A DNA stretch of 64,000 nt from Candidatus Latescibacterota bacterium. GTDB taxonomy: Bacteria > Latescibacterota > UBA2968. The notes beneath the pieces are model-generated. The model did no database searches, was not told the origin of the DNA, and worked only from the letters and a program-made list of their open reading frames with translations. Location of the stretch: contig OZ242311.1 in NCBI GenBank assembly GCA_965207885.1, forward strand, positions 1,952,001 to 2,016,000, in the 5' to 3' direction. Positions 43,679-52,924 of this stretch are shown here, in pieces. The translations under genes were made by a program, and so were the position numbers. Each line of letters starts with the position of its first letter. The stretch's first letter is position 1.

Positions 43679-44851
43679 ATGAGTAGCCGACGTTTGCAAA
43701 TAACATTGCAGCCTGCTGTGTTGCGGTGGGCGCGGGAGCGGGCGCGCATTGATGCCGAGCAACTGGCGGATAAGATGCAGGTGAAGCCGGAGCGCGTGTT
43801 GGCGTGGGAGCGCGATGGCAGGATCAGCATTGCCCAAGCAGACAGACTTGCCCAGCGTACGCATACTGCTCTGGGCTTGCTATACTTGACAGAACCGCCC
43901 AAAGATCTCTTGCCAATACCCGATTTTCGTACCCGAGACGATGATCTGCAGCCGAGTGTCAATCTCCTCGATACTATTTATCTGATGCAGCGTCGTCAAT
44001 CCTGGATGCGCGACGAGTTAATCGGGGAGGGTGCTCGACCGCTGAACTTCATTGGAAGCTATGAGATAGATGGCGATCCCCTGCAAGTCGCCCGTGCAAT
44101 GCGTGATGCACTCCAACTTACTGACGATTGGGCAGCATCTGTATTTACCTGGTCTGATGCCCTTGGGCATTTACGAAATAAAGCTGAAGATGCCGGTGTG
44201 CTGGTAGTTTTCAATGGCGTTGTGGGAAATAATACAAGCCGCAAACTCGATCCAGATGAATTTCAGGGCTTTGCTCTTGTAGATGAGTATGCTCCGTTGG
44301 TCTTTGTGAACAATGCCGACTTCAAAGCAGCGCAGATGTTCACCCTGGCTCACGAACTCGCACATCTTTTTGTTGGAGAGACTGGGGTGTCCAGTTTTGA
44401 ACATCTGAAGTTCGATTCTAATACCACAGAGAGATTTTGTGACCAGATAGCGGCGGAGTTTTTGGTGCCAGCAGAGGAGTTGCGAGCCTTTTGGCCTATA
44501 GCTGAGCAGGCAAGCGATCCTTATCAGCCTGTTGCACGCCAGTTCAAGGTAAGTTCTCTCGTAGCCGCACGTCGAGCGCGCGATCTCGGCTTGATTCAAC
44601 CGATTGCCTTTTTCAAATTCTATGACGAATATATGGAGAGGGAATGGCACAGCAGCCAGCAAAGTCAAGCAAGTGGTGGCAATTTCTGGAATACTCAGAA
44701 ATGGCGCATTGGCACCCGCTTTGGCACGGCAATCTTCCGTGCAGTGAAGGAAGGCCGTCTGCTCTATCGCGAAGCGTACAATCTCACCGGTCTAAAGGGA
44801 GAAACTTTTGAAAATATGCGAGACAAGATGGGAATACTGCCCGGTAATTGA
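43679..44851 (+). CDS. XRE-HTH + ImmA/IrrE (M78) metallopeptidase
   Basis: VLRWARER, PDFRT, EFQGFAL, FTLAHELAH (HExxH), ERFCDQIAAEFLVP. Confidence 0.9.
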   Translation: MSSRRLQITLQPAVLRWARERARIDAEQLADKMQVKPERVLAWERDGRISIAQADRLAQRTHTALGLLYLTEPPKDLLPIPDFRTRDDDLQPSVNLLDTIYLMQRRQSWMRDELIGEGARPLNFIGSYEIDGDPLQVARAMRDALQLTDDWAASVFTWSDALGHLRNKAEDAGVLVVFNGVVGNNTSRKLDPDEFQGFALVDEYAPLVFVNNADFKAAQMFTLAHELAHLFVGETGVSSFEHLKFDSNTTERFCDQIAAEFLVPAEELRAFWPIAEQASDPYQPVARQFKVSSLVAARRARDLGLIQPIAFFKFYDEYMEREWHSSQQSQASGGNFWNTQKWRIGTRFGTAIFRAVKEGRLLYREAYNLTGLKGETFENMRDKMGILPGN

Positions 44852-45044
44852 CGGGTAATTGATGGGTAATTGACATATAGGGAACCGGGAAACTGTGAAT
44901 TTTACTTAACTTATTTATTTTACTTAATTTATGTAATTGACGGGTAATTGACTGTTACTTGACTGGCGATCCGAGGTGTGAGATCGTATTTCTCATAACT
45001 TATTGAATATACGACGTTTATTTTACTTGACTGTTACTTGACTG
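44844..45044 (+). repeat. 11-bp repeat elements, copies 3 and 4 (stacked)
   Basis: 3x GTAATTGAYNN (44844-44876), 56 bp, GTAATTGACGG-GTAATTGACTG-TTACTTGACTG (44933-44965), 57 bp, 2x TTACTTGACTG (45023-45044). Confidence 0.93.
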
Positions 45045-45104
45045 AAACGCATTTGGAATGATATTTTTCCATACCTGAAAAGCAACCCAAAGAGAGAGTA
45101 AGGT

Positions 45105-48100
45105 ATGAGGAGTCCGGATACTGAACCAACGCAATCTCAGAAAGAAGAGTTGGACGCGCTTGCGGCTCTGCCCGATGATCAGATAGATACTTCTGATATC
45201 CCTGAGATTATTGAGGGGTCAAATTATGTACGCGGGCTGTTTCAGAAGTCCGCCAGTGAGCGGAGTAAGGCGATAGGTGAACTCAGAGGCAGACGTTCGT
45301 CGGTTACCGATACTTCTGAACGCGGTTTGGAAGATCGTATTTGTGAGATGTTGGCTGGTAGGGCGGATGAATCGAGTTCGGGTGATGTAGGGGAACGTCC
45401 GGCTGCATATAGCGCGGGTTGGCGGTATGGGGAGCGCGAGGATTACGACCGTGAGTATTGCGTGGATCTGGCGCAGTTGACGGCTTTTCTGATGGCGACG
45501 CAACCGAGGGTTGCTGAGGCGCTGTCTCTGGAGAGCGATAATCCAACGCGACGCCGTTTTCTCGCCCGGCTGAAGAATGAAGTTAGCAGGCGCGGGATTG
45601 TGGATGTGCTTCGCAATGGCGTTAAGCACGGGCCGCACGATATTACGCTTTTTTACGGTGCGCCATCGCCGGGCAACCGACGGGCAGTGGTGCTTTACGA
45701 GCAGAATCGCTTTTCGGTTACGCGCCAGTTGTCGTATAGCAATGCCAATAAGCGGCTCGCGCTTGATCTCGCGCTGTTTATCAATGGCCTGCCGGTGGCG
45801 ACTTTTGAGTTGAAAAATAGTCTTACGAAGCAGACGGTGGCAGATGCGGTTGAGCAATACAAACGCGACCGCGATCCGAGGGAGGAACTTTTCCGCATTG
45901 GTCGTTGTTTGGCTCATTTTGCTGTGGATGAACACGAGGTGATGTTTTGTACGCATTTGAAGGGCAAATCGTCATGGTTTCTGCCTTTCAATAAGGGGTG
46001 GAATGACGGTACTGGCAATCCGACCGATCCCAATGGTCTTAAGACCGATTATCTGTGGCAGGAGGTTCTGACCCGGCAGAGTTTGACGGATATTATCGAG
46101 AATTATGCTCTGCTGGTGGAGTCTGCCGACGTGCAGACCGGGCGTAAGACGCGGAAACAGATCTGGCCGCGCTATCACCAGTTGGATGTGGTGCGGAAGT
46201 TACTGGCCGATGCTGTGGAGAAGGGGGCGGGGCAGCGTTATCTCATTCAGCATTCGGCGGGTAGTGGCAAGTCCAATTCTATCGCCTGGTTGGCACACCG
46301 TCTCATTGGGTTGGAAAAGGGCGGTGAGACAGTTTTTGATTCGATTATTGTTGTGACTGATCGGATTATTTTGGACCGACAAATCAACGATACTATTCGG
46401 CAGTTCGCGCAGGTGGGCGCGACTGTTGGGCACGCCGAAAACTCTGGCGATTTGCGTCGTTTTATCGGTGCGGGAAAGAAAATCATTATCTCTACTGTGC
46501 AGAAGTTCCCGTTTATCCTGGACGAGATTGGCGCAGATCATCGGGGGAGCCGGTTTGCTATCATTATTGACGAGGCGCATTCCAGCCAGGGTGGGCGTAC
46601 GTCTTCGGCAATGGCACAGGCTCTGGGCGACCATGAGGACGGGGATGATGAAGATACGTTTGAAGATAAAATTAACCGGATTATTGAGCAGAAGCGGCTG
46701 TTGACCAATGCGAGCTATTTTGCCTTTACTGCTACGCCGAAGAATAAGACGCTGGAGTTATTTGGTACGCCAGCGCCGCAGCCCGATGGTACGACAAAGC
46801 ATTGGTCCTTCCACGGCTATGCAATAAAACAGGCGATTGAGGAGGGTTTTATTCTGGATGTGCTGGGTAATTATACGCCGGTAACGAGTTATTATCACCT
46901 CGCCAAGACGATAGAAGATGATCCGGAGTTTGATACAATAAAGGCGAAGAAGAAGCTCATCAGCTATGTGGAAACGCACAGCCATGCGATTCGTCTCAAA
47001 GCCGAGATTATGGTTGACCATTTCCACGAGCAGGTGCTGGCACCGCGCAAAATTGGGGGACAGGCGCGGGCGATGGTTGTAACTGGTGGTATTCAGATGG
47101 CGATTGAATACTATCACGCCATCCGCGATTATCTGAAGGAGCGCAATAGCACGCACAAAGCTATTGTCGCTTTTTCTGGCGAGGTGGATTACGGCGGTGA
47201 GAGGGTGAGTGAATCGTCGTTGAACGGTTTTCCATCATCGCAGATTGCCAGTAAGATTCAGGAAGATCCCTATCGGTTGCTGGTCTGTGCGGATAAGTTC
47301 CAGACGGGTTATGATGAGCCTCTGCTACATGTGATGTACGTGGATAAGGTGCTTTCTGGTATTAAGGCCGTGCAGACGCTCTCTCGTCTCAATCGCGCCC
47401 ACCCTGATAAGCGCGATACGTTTGTGCTGGATTTCTACAATGACGCTGATATGATAAAGGATGCTTTTGCTGATTACTACCGTACGACTATTTTGGCGGA
47501 TGAAACCGATCCCAATAAGTTGCACGACCTCAAAGCCTCGCTGGATGTCCGGCAGGTTTATTCAGATGAGCAAGTCCACAATGTGGTGGTGTCGTATTTG
47601 AAGGGCGATGACCGCGGGGCTTTTGATCCAATTTTGGACGAGTGTGTGGCGATCTATCGCAGTGAATTGGATGAGGATGGGCAGGTTGAATTTAAGGGCA
47701 ATGCCAAAGCCTTTGTGCGCGCATACAACTTTTTGTCTCAGGTGCTTCCATACGCGAATGTGGAGTGGGAACAGCTTTCCATTTTTTTGAATTTTCTCGT
47801 TCCCAAGCTGCCGACGCCCGTTACTGAAGATTTGTCGCTAGGGATTGAGGGTGCTATTGATATGGATAGCTATCGCGCCGAGAAACAGGCGACGATGAAA
47901 ATTTTGCTGTCCGATGAGGATGCGGAGATCGAGCCGGTGCCCGCAGGTGGTGGCGGTCATAAGCCAGAGCCGGAAATGGACCGGCTTTCCAATATTCTCC
48001 GGTCGTTTAACGACCTTTTTGGCGATATTCCGTGGACCAATGAAGACCGTATTCGCAGGATGATTACTGAGGATGTTCCGAAGATGGTTGATGCGGATAG

Positions 48101-48284
48101 TGCCTATCGCAATGCGCGGGAACATTCAGATGAGCAGAATACGCGCATTGAACACGATAAGGCGTTGGAGAAAGCGATTATGGCGCTGCTCTCTGATGAT
48201 ACTGAACTTTACAAGCAGTATTCCCAGAATGAAGCGTTTAAACGCTGGCTTGAAAATAGCGTGTTTGAATTGACCAATCGCTAA
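45105..48284 (+). CDS. hsdR: Type I restriction subunit R with an extra N-terminal BrnA-like segment
   Basis: DLALFINGLPVATFELKN, QHSAGSGKS, IIDEAHSSQ, FTATPK, KFQTGYDEP, QTLSRLNR. Confidence 0.96.
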   Translation: MRSPDTEPTQSQKEELDALAALPDDQIDTSDIPEIIEGSNYVRGLFQKSASERSKAIGELRGRRSSVTDTSERGLEDRICEMLAGRADESSSGDVGERPAAYSAGWRYGEREDYDREYCVDLAQLTAFLMATQPRVAEALSLESDNPTRRRFLARLKNEVSRRGIVDVLRNGVKHGPHDITLFYGAPSPGNRRAVVLYEQNRFSVTRQLSYSNANKRLALDLALFINGLPVATFELKNSLTKQTVADAVEQYKRDRDPREELFRIGRCLAHFAVDEHEVMFCTHLKGKSSWFLPFNKGWNDGTGNPTDPNGLKTDYLWQEVLTRQSLTDIIENYALLVESADVQTGRKTRKQIWPRYHQLDVVRKLLADAVEKGAGQRYLIQHSAGSGKSNSIAWLAHRLIGLEKGGETVFDSIIVVTDRIILDRQINDTIRQFAQVGATVGHAENSGDLRRFIGAGKKIIISTVQKFPFILDEIGADHRGSRFAIIIDEAHSSQGGRTSSAMAQALGDHEDGDDEDTFEDKINRIIEQKRLLTNASYFAFTATPKNKTLELFGTPAPQPDGTTKHWSFHGYAIKQAIEEGFILDVLGNYTPVTSYYHLAKTIEDDPEFDTIKAKKKLISYVETHSHAIRLKAEIMVDHFHEQVLAPRKIGGQARAMVVTGGIQMAIEYYHAIRDYLKERNSTHKAIVAFSGEVDYGGERVSESSLNGFPSSQIASKIQEDPYRLLVCADKFQTGYDEPLLHVMYVDKVLSGIKAVQTLSRLNRAHPDKRDTFVLDFYNDADMIKDAFADYYRTTILADETDPNKLHDLKASLDVRQVYSDEQVHNVVVSYLKGDDRGAFDPILDECVAIYRSELDEDGQVEFKGNAKAFVRAYNFLSQVLPYANVEWEQLSIFLNFLVPKLPTPVTEDLSLGIEGAIDMDSYRAEKQATMKILLSDEDAEIEPVPAGGGGHKPEPEMDRLSNILRSFNDLFGDIPWTNEDRIRRMITEDVPKMVDADSAYRNAREHSDEQNTRIEHDKALEKAIMALLSDDTELYKQYSQNEAFKRWLENSVFELTNR

Positions 48285-48329
48285 TGTTGGGTACTCCGCG
48301 TATTGGAGAATATAGAGCAAAAGGTGAGT

Positions 48330-48499
48330 AGTTCGGTGCGGATGGGAGGGAGCTCGACACGGATGAGGGGGAGTTCAGTGCGGATGGGAGGGAGTTCGGT
48401 ACAGATACAGGGGAGCTTGGCAACGGATACAGGGGAGTTCGGCTCGGATACAGGGGAGCTTGGCAACGGATACAAGGGAGTTCGGCTCGGATACAGGTA
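48330..48499 (+). repeat. Degenerate 21/22-bp tandem repeat, about 8 units
   Basis: Units such as AGTTCGGTGCGGATGGGAGGG, AGTTCGGCTCGGATACAGGGG, AGCTTGGCAACGGATACAGGGG. Confidence 0.85.
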
Positions 48500-48551
48500 A
48501 GCTTCACTCGGATGCTTAGCCCGGATACCGGTATGCTCCTGGTTGCTTAAC

Positions 48552-48588
48552 AAAACAGCCCGTCCTGAAAATGGATGGGCTATTTTTT
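48552..48588. terminator. Bidirectional terminator at the right edge of the island
   Basis: AAAACAGCCCGTCC-tgaaaat-GGATGGGCTATTTTTT between convergent genes. Confidence 0.7.
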
Positions 48589-48978
48589 ATTAAATCCGCC
48601 TTCACGCGCCTGGCGGGTCATTTCCTGGATGAGTTTGGGTGCGGGGTCTTCCCAGCCTTCGGGTTTGAGTATCTTGCCGTCTTCTCGGCGAATGACTTTT
48701 CCGTTTACGACTTTTTGCATGTTTGCATTGTGGACGATGTCGAAGAGCGGATCGAGGTTGATGCCGTTTCGGACGGCGAAGTCGCAGATGTAGTAAATTG
48801 CATCGACGAGCGCGTCAGCCTGTTCTGTGACGGTTTGCGCGGCCATTAATTCGTCCATTTCATCGTTGACCATTTGTCGTATAAATGCGATGCCTTCTGT
48901 TGTCATGTTTTGCGGATGCGCTGGCAGGTCGTCGTTACAGGCCATTGTAAATTCGCGCACTTGAGCGGTGTATCCCAT
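48580..48978 (-). CDS. All-alpha NTP pyrophosphohydrolase (MazG/PRA-PH-like)
   Basis: EMDEL, QADALVDAIY, IVHNANMQK, RREDGKILKPEGW. Confidence 0.8.
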   Translation of the reverse strand: MGYTAQVREFTMACNDDLPAHPQNMTTEGIAFIRQMVNDEMDELMAAQTVTEQADALVDAIYYICDFAVRNGINLDPLFDIVHNANMQKVVNGKVIRREDGKILKPEGWEDPAPKLIQEMTRQAREGGFNKK

Positions 48979-49071
48979 GCGTACTCCAGTTTGAAGTGTG
49001 AAGTTTGAAGTGTGAAAACCCCGCCCAACCAACCCCTATCCTCCAGCCTCTATTATGCGTTAGAAATTACT

Positions 49072-49131
49072 AAAGTCAAAGATCAAAAACAAATGCAATG
49101 GTTCGTCCATTCGTTTTTGGTCTTTGACTTT
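49072..49131. repeat. 24-bp inverted repeat in a divergent intergenic region
   Basis: AAAGTCAAAGATCAAAAACAAATG-12 nt-CATTCGTTTTTGGTCTTTGACTTT, 2 mismatches. Confidence 0.8.
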
Positions 49132-49205
49132 TGGGCGTTGCGTCTATATTTTTTGGCGCGATATTTTGTTGACAGGTGACTATGACGCGAAAGGATTTAC
49201 ATTAC

Positions 49206-50432
49206 ATGGCGAGTATTAATGCAAATTATGACAAATTGGCTGCGGGATATTTGTTTCCCGAGATTGCGCGGCGGACGGAGACTTTTCTCGATGCACATCC
49301 AGAGGTGTCGGTGATGCGGTTGGGTATTGGCAATACGACCGAGCCGCTGACGAGGAGCGTGATTGCCGGTTTGCACGATGCGGTGGATCAGATGGCGCGT
49401 GTGGAGACGTATCGCGGCTATGCCGATGGCGGAGAGGGTGAGCCTGAGATGCGGGAGGCTCTGGCGAAACGCTATGCAAAGTACGGGGTGGATCTCGATG
49501 CGTCTGAGGTTTTTGTGAGCGATGGCGCCAAGTCGGATTCGGCGAATATCCAGTCGATTTTTGGTATGGATAATGTGATTGCTGTGCAGGATCCGGCGTA
49601 TCCGGTATATGTCGATAGCAATGTGATTGCCGGACGGACGGGCGAGGCGGTGAACGATCAGTACGAAGGGCTGGTTTATATGCCGTGTACTGAGGAGAAT
49701 GGTTTTATGCCCGAGGTGCCGGATGAAAAGGTGGATTTGATCTATATTTGCAGCCCGAATAATCCTACGGGTGCTGTGGCAACGCGAGCACAGTTGCAGG
49801 CGTTTGTGGATTATGCGAGAGAACACAGGGCGGTGATTATTTACGATGCGGCTTATGCCGGGTACATCTCCGATACGGATTTGCCGCGAACGATTTACGA
49901 GGTTGAAGGGGCAAAGTCCTGTGCGATTGAGATCAATAGTTTTTCTAAAGATACCGGGTTTACGGGTGTGCGTCTGGGGTGGACGATTGTGCCGATGGAT
50001 CTGGTGGTAGAAGACGCAGAGGCGGGCAAGTTGAATACGCTGTGGGGCAGGCGTCAAAATACGTTTTTTAATGGTGCTTCGAATATTGTGCAATTGGGTG
50101 CTTTGTCGGTGTTTACAGAAGAAGGCGAGCGAGAGTGCCAGGAAATGATTGCGTATTATATGGAAAATGCGCGCATTATTCGAGCGGGGCTGAGGCGTAT
50201 TGGGCTGACGGTTTTCGGTGGTGTACACGCGCCTTATTTGTGGCTCAAGACACCGAATGGTATGTCGTCGTGGGACTTTTTTGACAAGTTGTTGTCAGAA
50301 ACCCATGTTGTGGGTACGCCGGGTTCGGGTTTTGGTCCTGCTGGCGAAGGTTATTTTCGCTTGAGTTCTTTTGGGCATCGAGAAGATGTCGAGCGGGCAG
50401 TGGCGAGTATTCAGGCGAATTTGAAGATTTGA
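49206..50432 (+). CDS. dapL: LL-diaminopimelate aminotransferase
   Basis: GYLFPEI, FVSDGAKSD, DPAYPVYVD, CSPNNPTG, SFSKDTGFTGVRLG, TPGSGFGPAGEGYFRLS. Confidence 0.96.
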   Translation: MASINANYDKLAAGYLFPEIARRTETFLDAHPEVSVMRLGIGNTTEPLTRSVIAGLHDAVDQMARVETYRGYADGGEGEPEMREALAKRYAKYGVDLDASEVFVSDGAKSDSANIQSIFGMDNVIAVQDPAYPVYVDSNVIAGRTGEAVNDQYEGLVYMPCTEENGFMPEVPDEKVDLIYICSPNNPTGAVATRAQLQAFVDYAREHRAVIIYDAAYAGYISDTDLPRTIYEVEGAKSCAIEINSFSKDTGFTGVRLGWTIVPMDLVVEDAEAGKLNTLWGRRQNTFFNGASNIVQLGALSVFTEEGERECQEMIAYYMENARIIRAGLRRIGLTVFGGVHAPYLWLKTPNGMSSWDFFDKLLSETHVVGTPGSGFGPAGEGYFRLSSFGHREDVERAVASIQANLKI

Positions 50433-50441
50433 GGTGAACAG

Positions 50442-51887
50442 ATGATGCAGTCCAATCCGAATATTGTTTTTATTCTGGCTGATGATATGGGTTATGGAGA
50501 TCTGGCGTGCCAGAATCCAGAGTCTAAAATTCCAACGCCAAATCTGGACAGGTTGGCGTCACAGGGAGTTCGTTTTACCGATGCCCACGCGCCGTCCAGC
50601 GTTTGTACGCCGTCGCGCTATGCGATTCTTACGGGGCGGTATTCGTGGCGCACCCGGTTGCAAGGTGGCGTGTTGTGGCCCTGGGATCCGCCTTTGATTG
50701 ATCCGAAGCGAACGACGGTGGCGAGATTGCTGCGAGATCAGGGGTATCGCACGGCCTGTATTGGGAAGTGGCATCTGGGATGGCACTGGGAGACAAAGGA
50801 TGGGCGTGCGGCTTATGAAGGCGCGGAATACGGGGTGTTGGGTAGAGATCATCGGTATGAATTGGGCAAGAATATCGATTTTAGTAAGCCGGTTACTGGC
50901 GGTCCTGTAGAATGTGGATTTGATTATTATTTTGGCGATGATGTGCCCAATTTTCCGCCTTATACCTGGTTTGAAAACGATCGTTTGGTGGATGCGCCAG
51001 TTGAGGAGAAGCCCGAGGAGATGTTTGGATCGCCCGGGCCAATGGCGCCGGGATGGTCTCTCGAAGCGGTGATGCCCGAGTTGACCCATCGCGCAGTTCA
51101 ATATATTGAGGCAGCGGATGAGCAACCGTTTTTTTTGTATTTTCCGCTGACTGCGCCGCACACGCCGATTGTTCCAATAAATGAGTTTAAGGGTATGAGC
51201 GAGGCGGGTGAGTACGGAGATTTTGTGTGTGAAGTGGATTGGACTGTGGGCGAGGTGATGGCGGCTCTTGATCGAAAAGGGATTGCCGAGAATACGCTGA
51301 TTATTTTTACCAGCGATAATGGGCCCGAAAATTTTGCGTATAGACGGATCCAGGAATACGGGCATTACAGTATGGATGGCTTGCGGGGGTTGAAACGCGA
51401 TGTGTGGGAAGGTGGACACCGGGTTCCGTTTATTGCCAGGTGGCCCGGTCAGATTGAGGGGGACAGGGTTTGCGATGAGGTGATTTGTATGTCCGATTTT
51501 ATGGCTACGGTGGCGGCGATAACCGGCGTGTCTTTGTCGGAAGATATGGGTGAAGATAGTTATAATATATTGCCCGCACTTTTAGGTGAGACTTTTGATA
51601 CGCCTATCCGGGAGGCGACTGTGCATCACAGCATTCGGGGGAAGTTTGCTATTCGGAAGGGGCGCTGGGTATTGATTGATGCACCCAATGGGGATGATAA
51701 TAAAGAACCGGATTGGTTTGTGGAAGAACGCGGGTATGTGCCCCACGATCATCCGGGCGAACTTTTTGATCTCGAACGCGATCGGATTGAGCGATTTAAC
51801 CGTTATGCAGAATATCCCGAGGTCGTTGAAGAACTCAAGACTTTGCTCGAAAAGTATAAGCGAGAGGGTCGAAGTGTTTCGCGCTGA
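50442..51887 (+). CDS. Arylsulfatase
   Basis: PNIVFILADDMGYGD, CTPSRY, GKWHLG, TAPHTP, SDNG, WEGGHRVP. Confidence 0.93.
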   Translation: MMQSNPNIVFILADDMGYGDLACQNPESKIPTPNLDRLASQGVRFTDAHAPSSVCTPSRYAILTGRYSWRTRLQGGVLWPWDPPLIDPKRTTVARLLRDQGYRTACIGKWHLGWHWETKDGRAAYEGAEYGVLGRDHRYELGKNIDFSKPVTGGPVECGFDYYFGDDVPNFPPYTWFENDRLVDAPVEEKPEEMFGSPGPMAPGWSLEAVMPELTHRAVQYIEAADEQPFFLYFPLTAPHTPIVPINEFKGMSEAGEYGDFVCEVDWTVGEVMAALDRKGIAENTLIIFTSDNGPENFAYRRIQEYGHYSMDGLRGLKRDVWEGGHRVPFIARWPGQIEGDRVCDEVICMSDFMATVAAITGVSLSEDMGEDSYNILPALLGETFDTPIREATVHHSIRGKFAIRKGRWVLIDAPNGDDNKEPDWFVEERGYVPHDHPGELFDLERDRIERFNRYAEYPEVVEELKTLLEKYKREGRSVSR

Positions 51888-51898
51888 ACGGTAGAGGA

Positions 51899-52855
51899 AT
51901 GAATTTTATGAGACGTATTTTTTGTATCCTGATTGTATTTGTATGGATTGGTACGGTTGGGGCAGAGGTGCAGGTCGCATTTCGCTTTGAGGCTGTTTTT
52001 GGCGAAGTAGGGGGTGGCGATGGGCAGTTTCTCAATCCCGAGGGGTTGACTCTGGATACGTCGGGCAATGTGTTTGTGGCCGATACGGGAAATGACCGCG
52101 TCCAAAAATTGTCCCCAACAGGCACTTTTTTGAGGGCGGTGGGTGGACCGGGCTGGGAAGATGGGCAATTTAACAAACCGGGTGGTATTGCCGCGAGCAA
52201 GGGGTTGGATATTTATGTGGCGGATGGCCGAAATCGCCGCATTCAGGTGTTTAATCTAAATTTGCGTCTTCTGGCGGTGATTGGGGGTGCGGATGCTGGT
52301 GGTTCTGTGGATCTGGGTACGCTCAGTGGTATTGCCGTGTCGGATGCAGATGAGATTTTGGTGAGCGATATCGATGCCGATCAACTGGTGCAGATCGATA
52401 CGTATAGCCGCGTTGATCGCAGTTTTGGCGGTTTTGGATATGGGGCTGGCAATTTGCGGCGTCCTTTGGGGGTTGCAATAGAAGGTCGCAAGGCAGTTTA
52501 TGTTTGCGATAGCGAGAATGATCGGATTGCGGTATTCGACAGGTTTGGCAATTTTCAAAAGACGATGGGCGAAGATGTTTTATTGCAGCCCTCGGCGCTG
52601 TGTGTAGGGCCTGATCGGACGTTGATTGTAGCGGATACGGGCCACCATCGCATTGTGGTGTTTGACCTCGATTCTGGCGGGGTTGCAGGGTTGTTGGGCG
52701 GTCCCGGTCCGGGAAAGGGCGCGATGGCTTTTCAGTTTCCCCGGGGTGTCGCACTTGGACGCGCTGGCAGGTTGTTCGTTCTGGATTCGGGGAACGGGCG
52801 TATTCAGAAATTGCAATTGCAAGTTTCGAGGATCCGCAGAAAAAAACGCGAATAA
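51899..52855 (+). CDS. Secreted NHL-repeat beta-propeller protein
   Basis: Signal peptide; repeated GQF..P.G.....G...VADT.N.R.Q. Confidence 0.88.
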   Translation: MNFMRRIFCILIVFVWIGTVGAEVQVAFRFEAVFGEVGGGDGQFLNPEGLTLDTSGNVFVADTGNDRVQKLSPTGTFLRAVGGPGWEDGQFNKPGGIAASKGLDIYVADGRNRRIQVFNLNLRLLAVIGGADAGGSVDLGTLSGIAVSDADEILVSDIDADQLVQIDTYSRVDRSFGGFGYGAGNLRRPLGVAIEGRKAVYVCDSENDRIAVFDRFGNFQKTMGEDVLLQPSALCVGPDRTLIVADTGHHRIVVFDLDSGGVAGLLGGPGPGKGAMAFQFPRGVALGRAGRLFVLDSGNGRIQKLQLQVSRIRRKKRE

Positions 52856-52924
52856 TTTGAGCGTTTTTCGCAGATGGGCGCAGATGAAAAGAGGGTCTGT
52901 GAATTGGGAAGGATGAAGTGAGAC

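Noticed and set aside
41668-45044. CRISPR array interpretation of the 11-bp repeats
   Set aside because: Units are too short and directly tandem, the two 77-bp spacers are homologous to each other, and there are no cas genes
48330-48499. CRISPR array interpretation of the 21-bp repeats
   Set aside because: Degenerate tandem units with no unique spacers
34120-48588. Similar CAGCCCGT...GGAYGGGCT hairpins at both island ends as att or target duplication
   Set aside because: The match is short and the loops differ; ordinary terminators explain both
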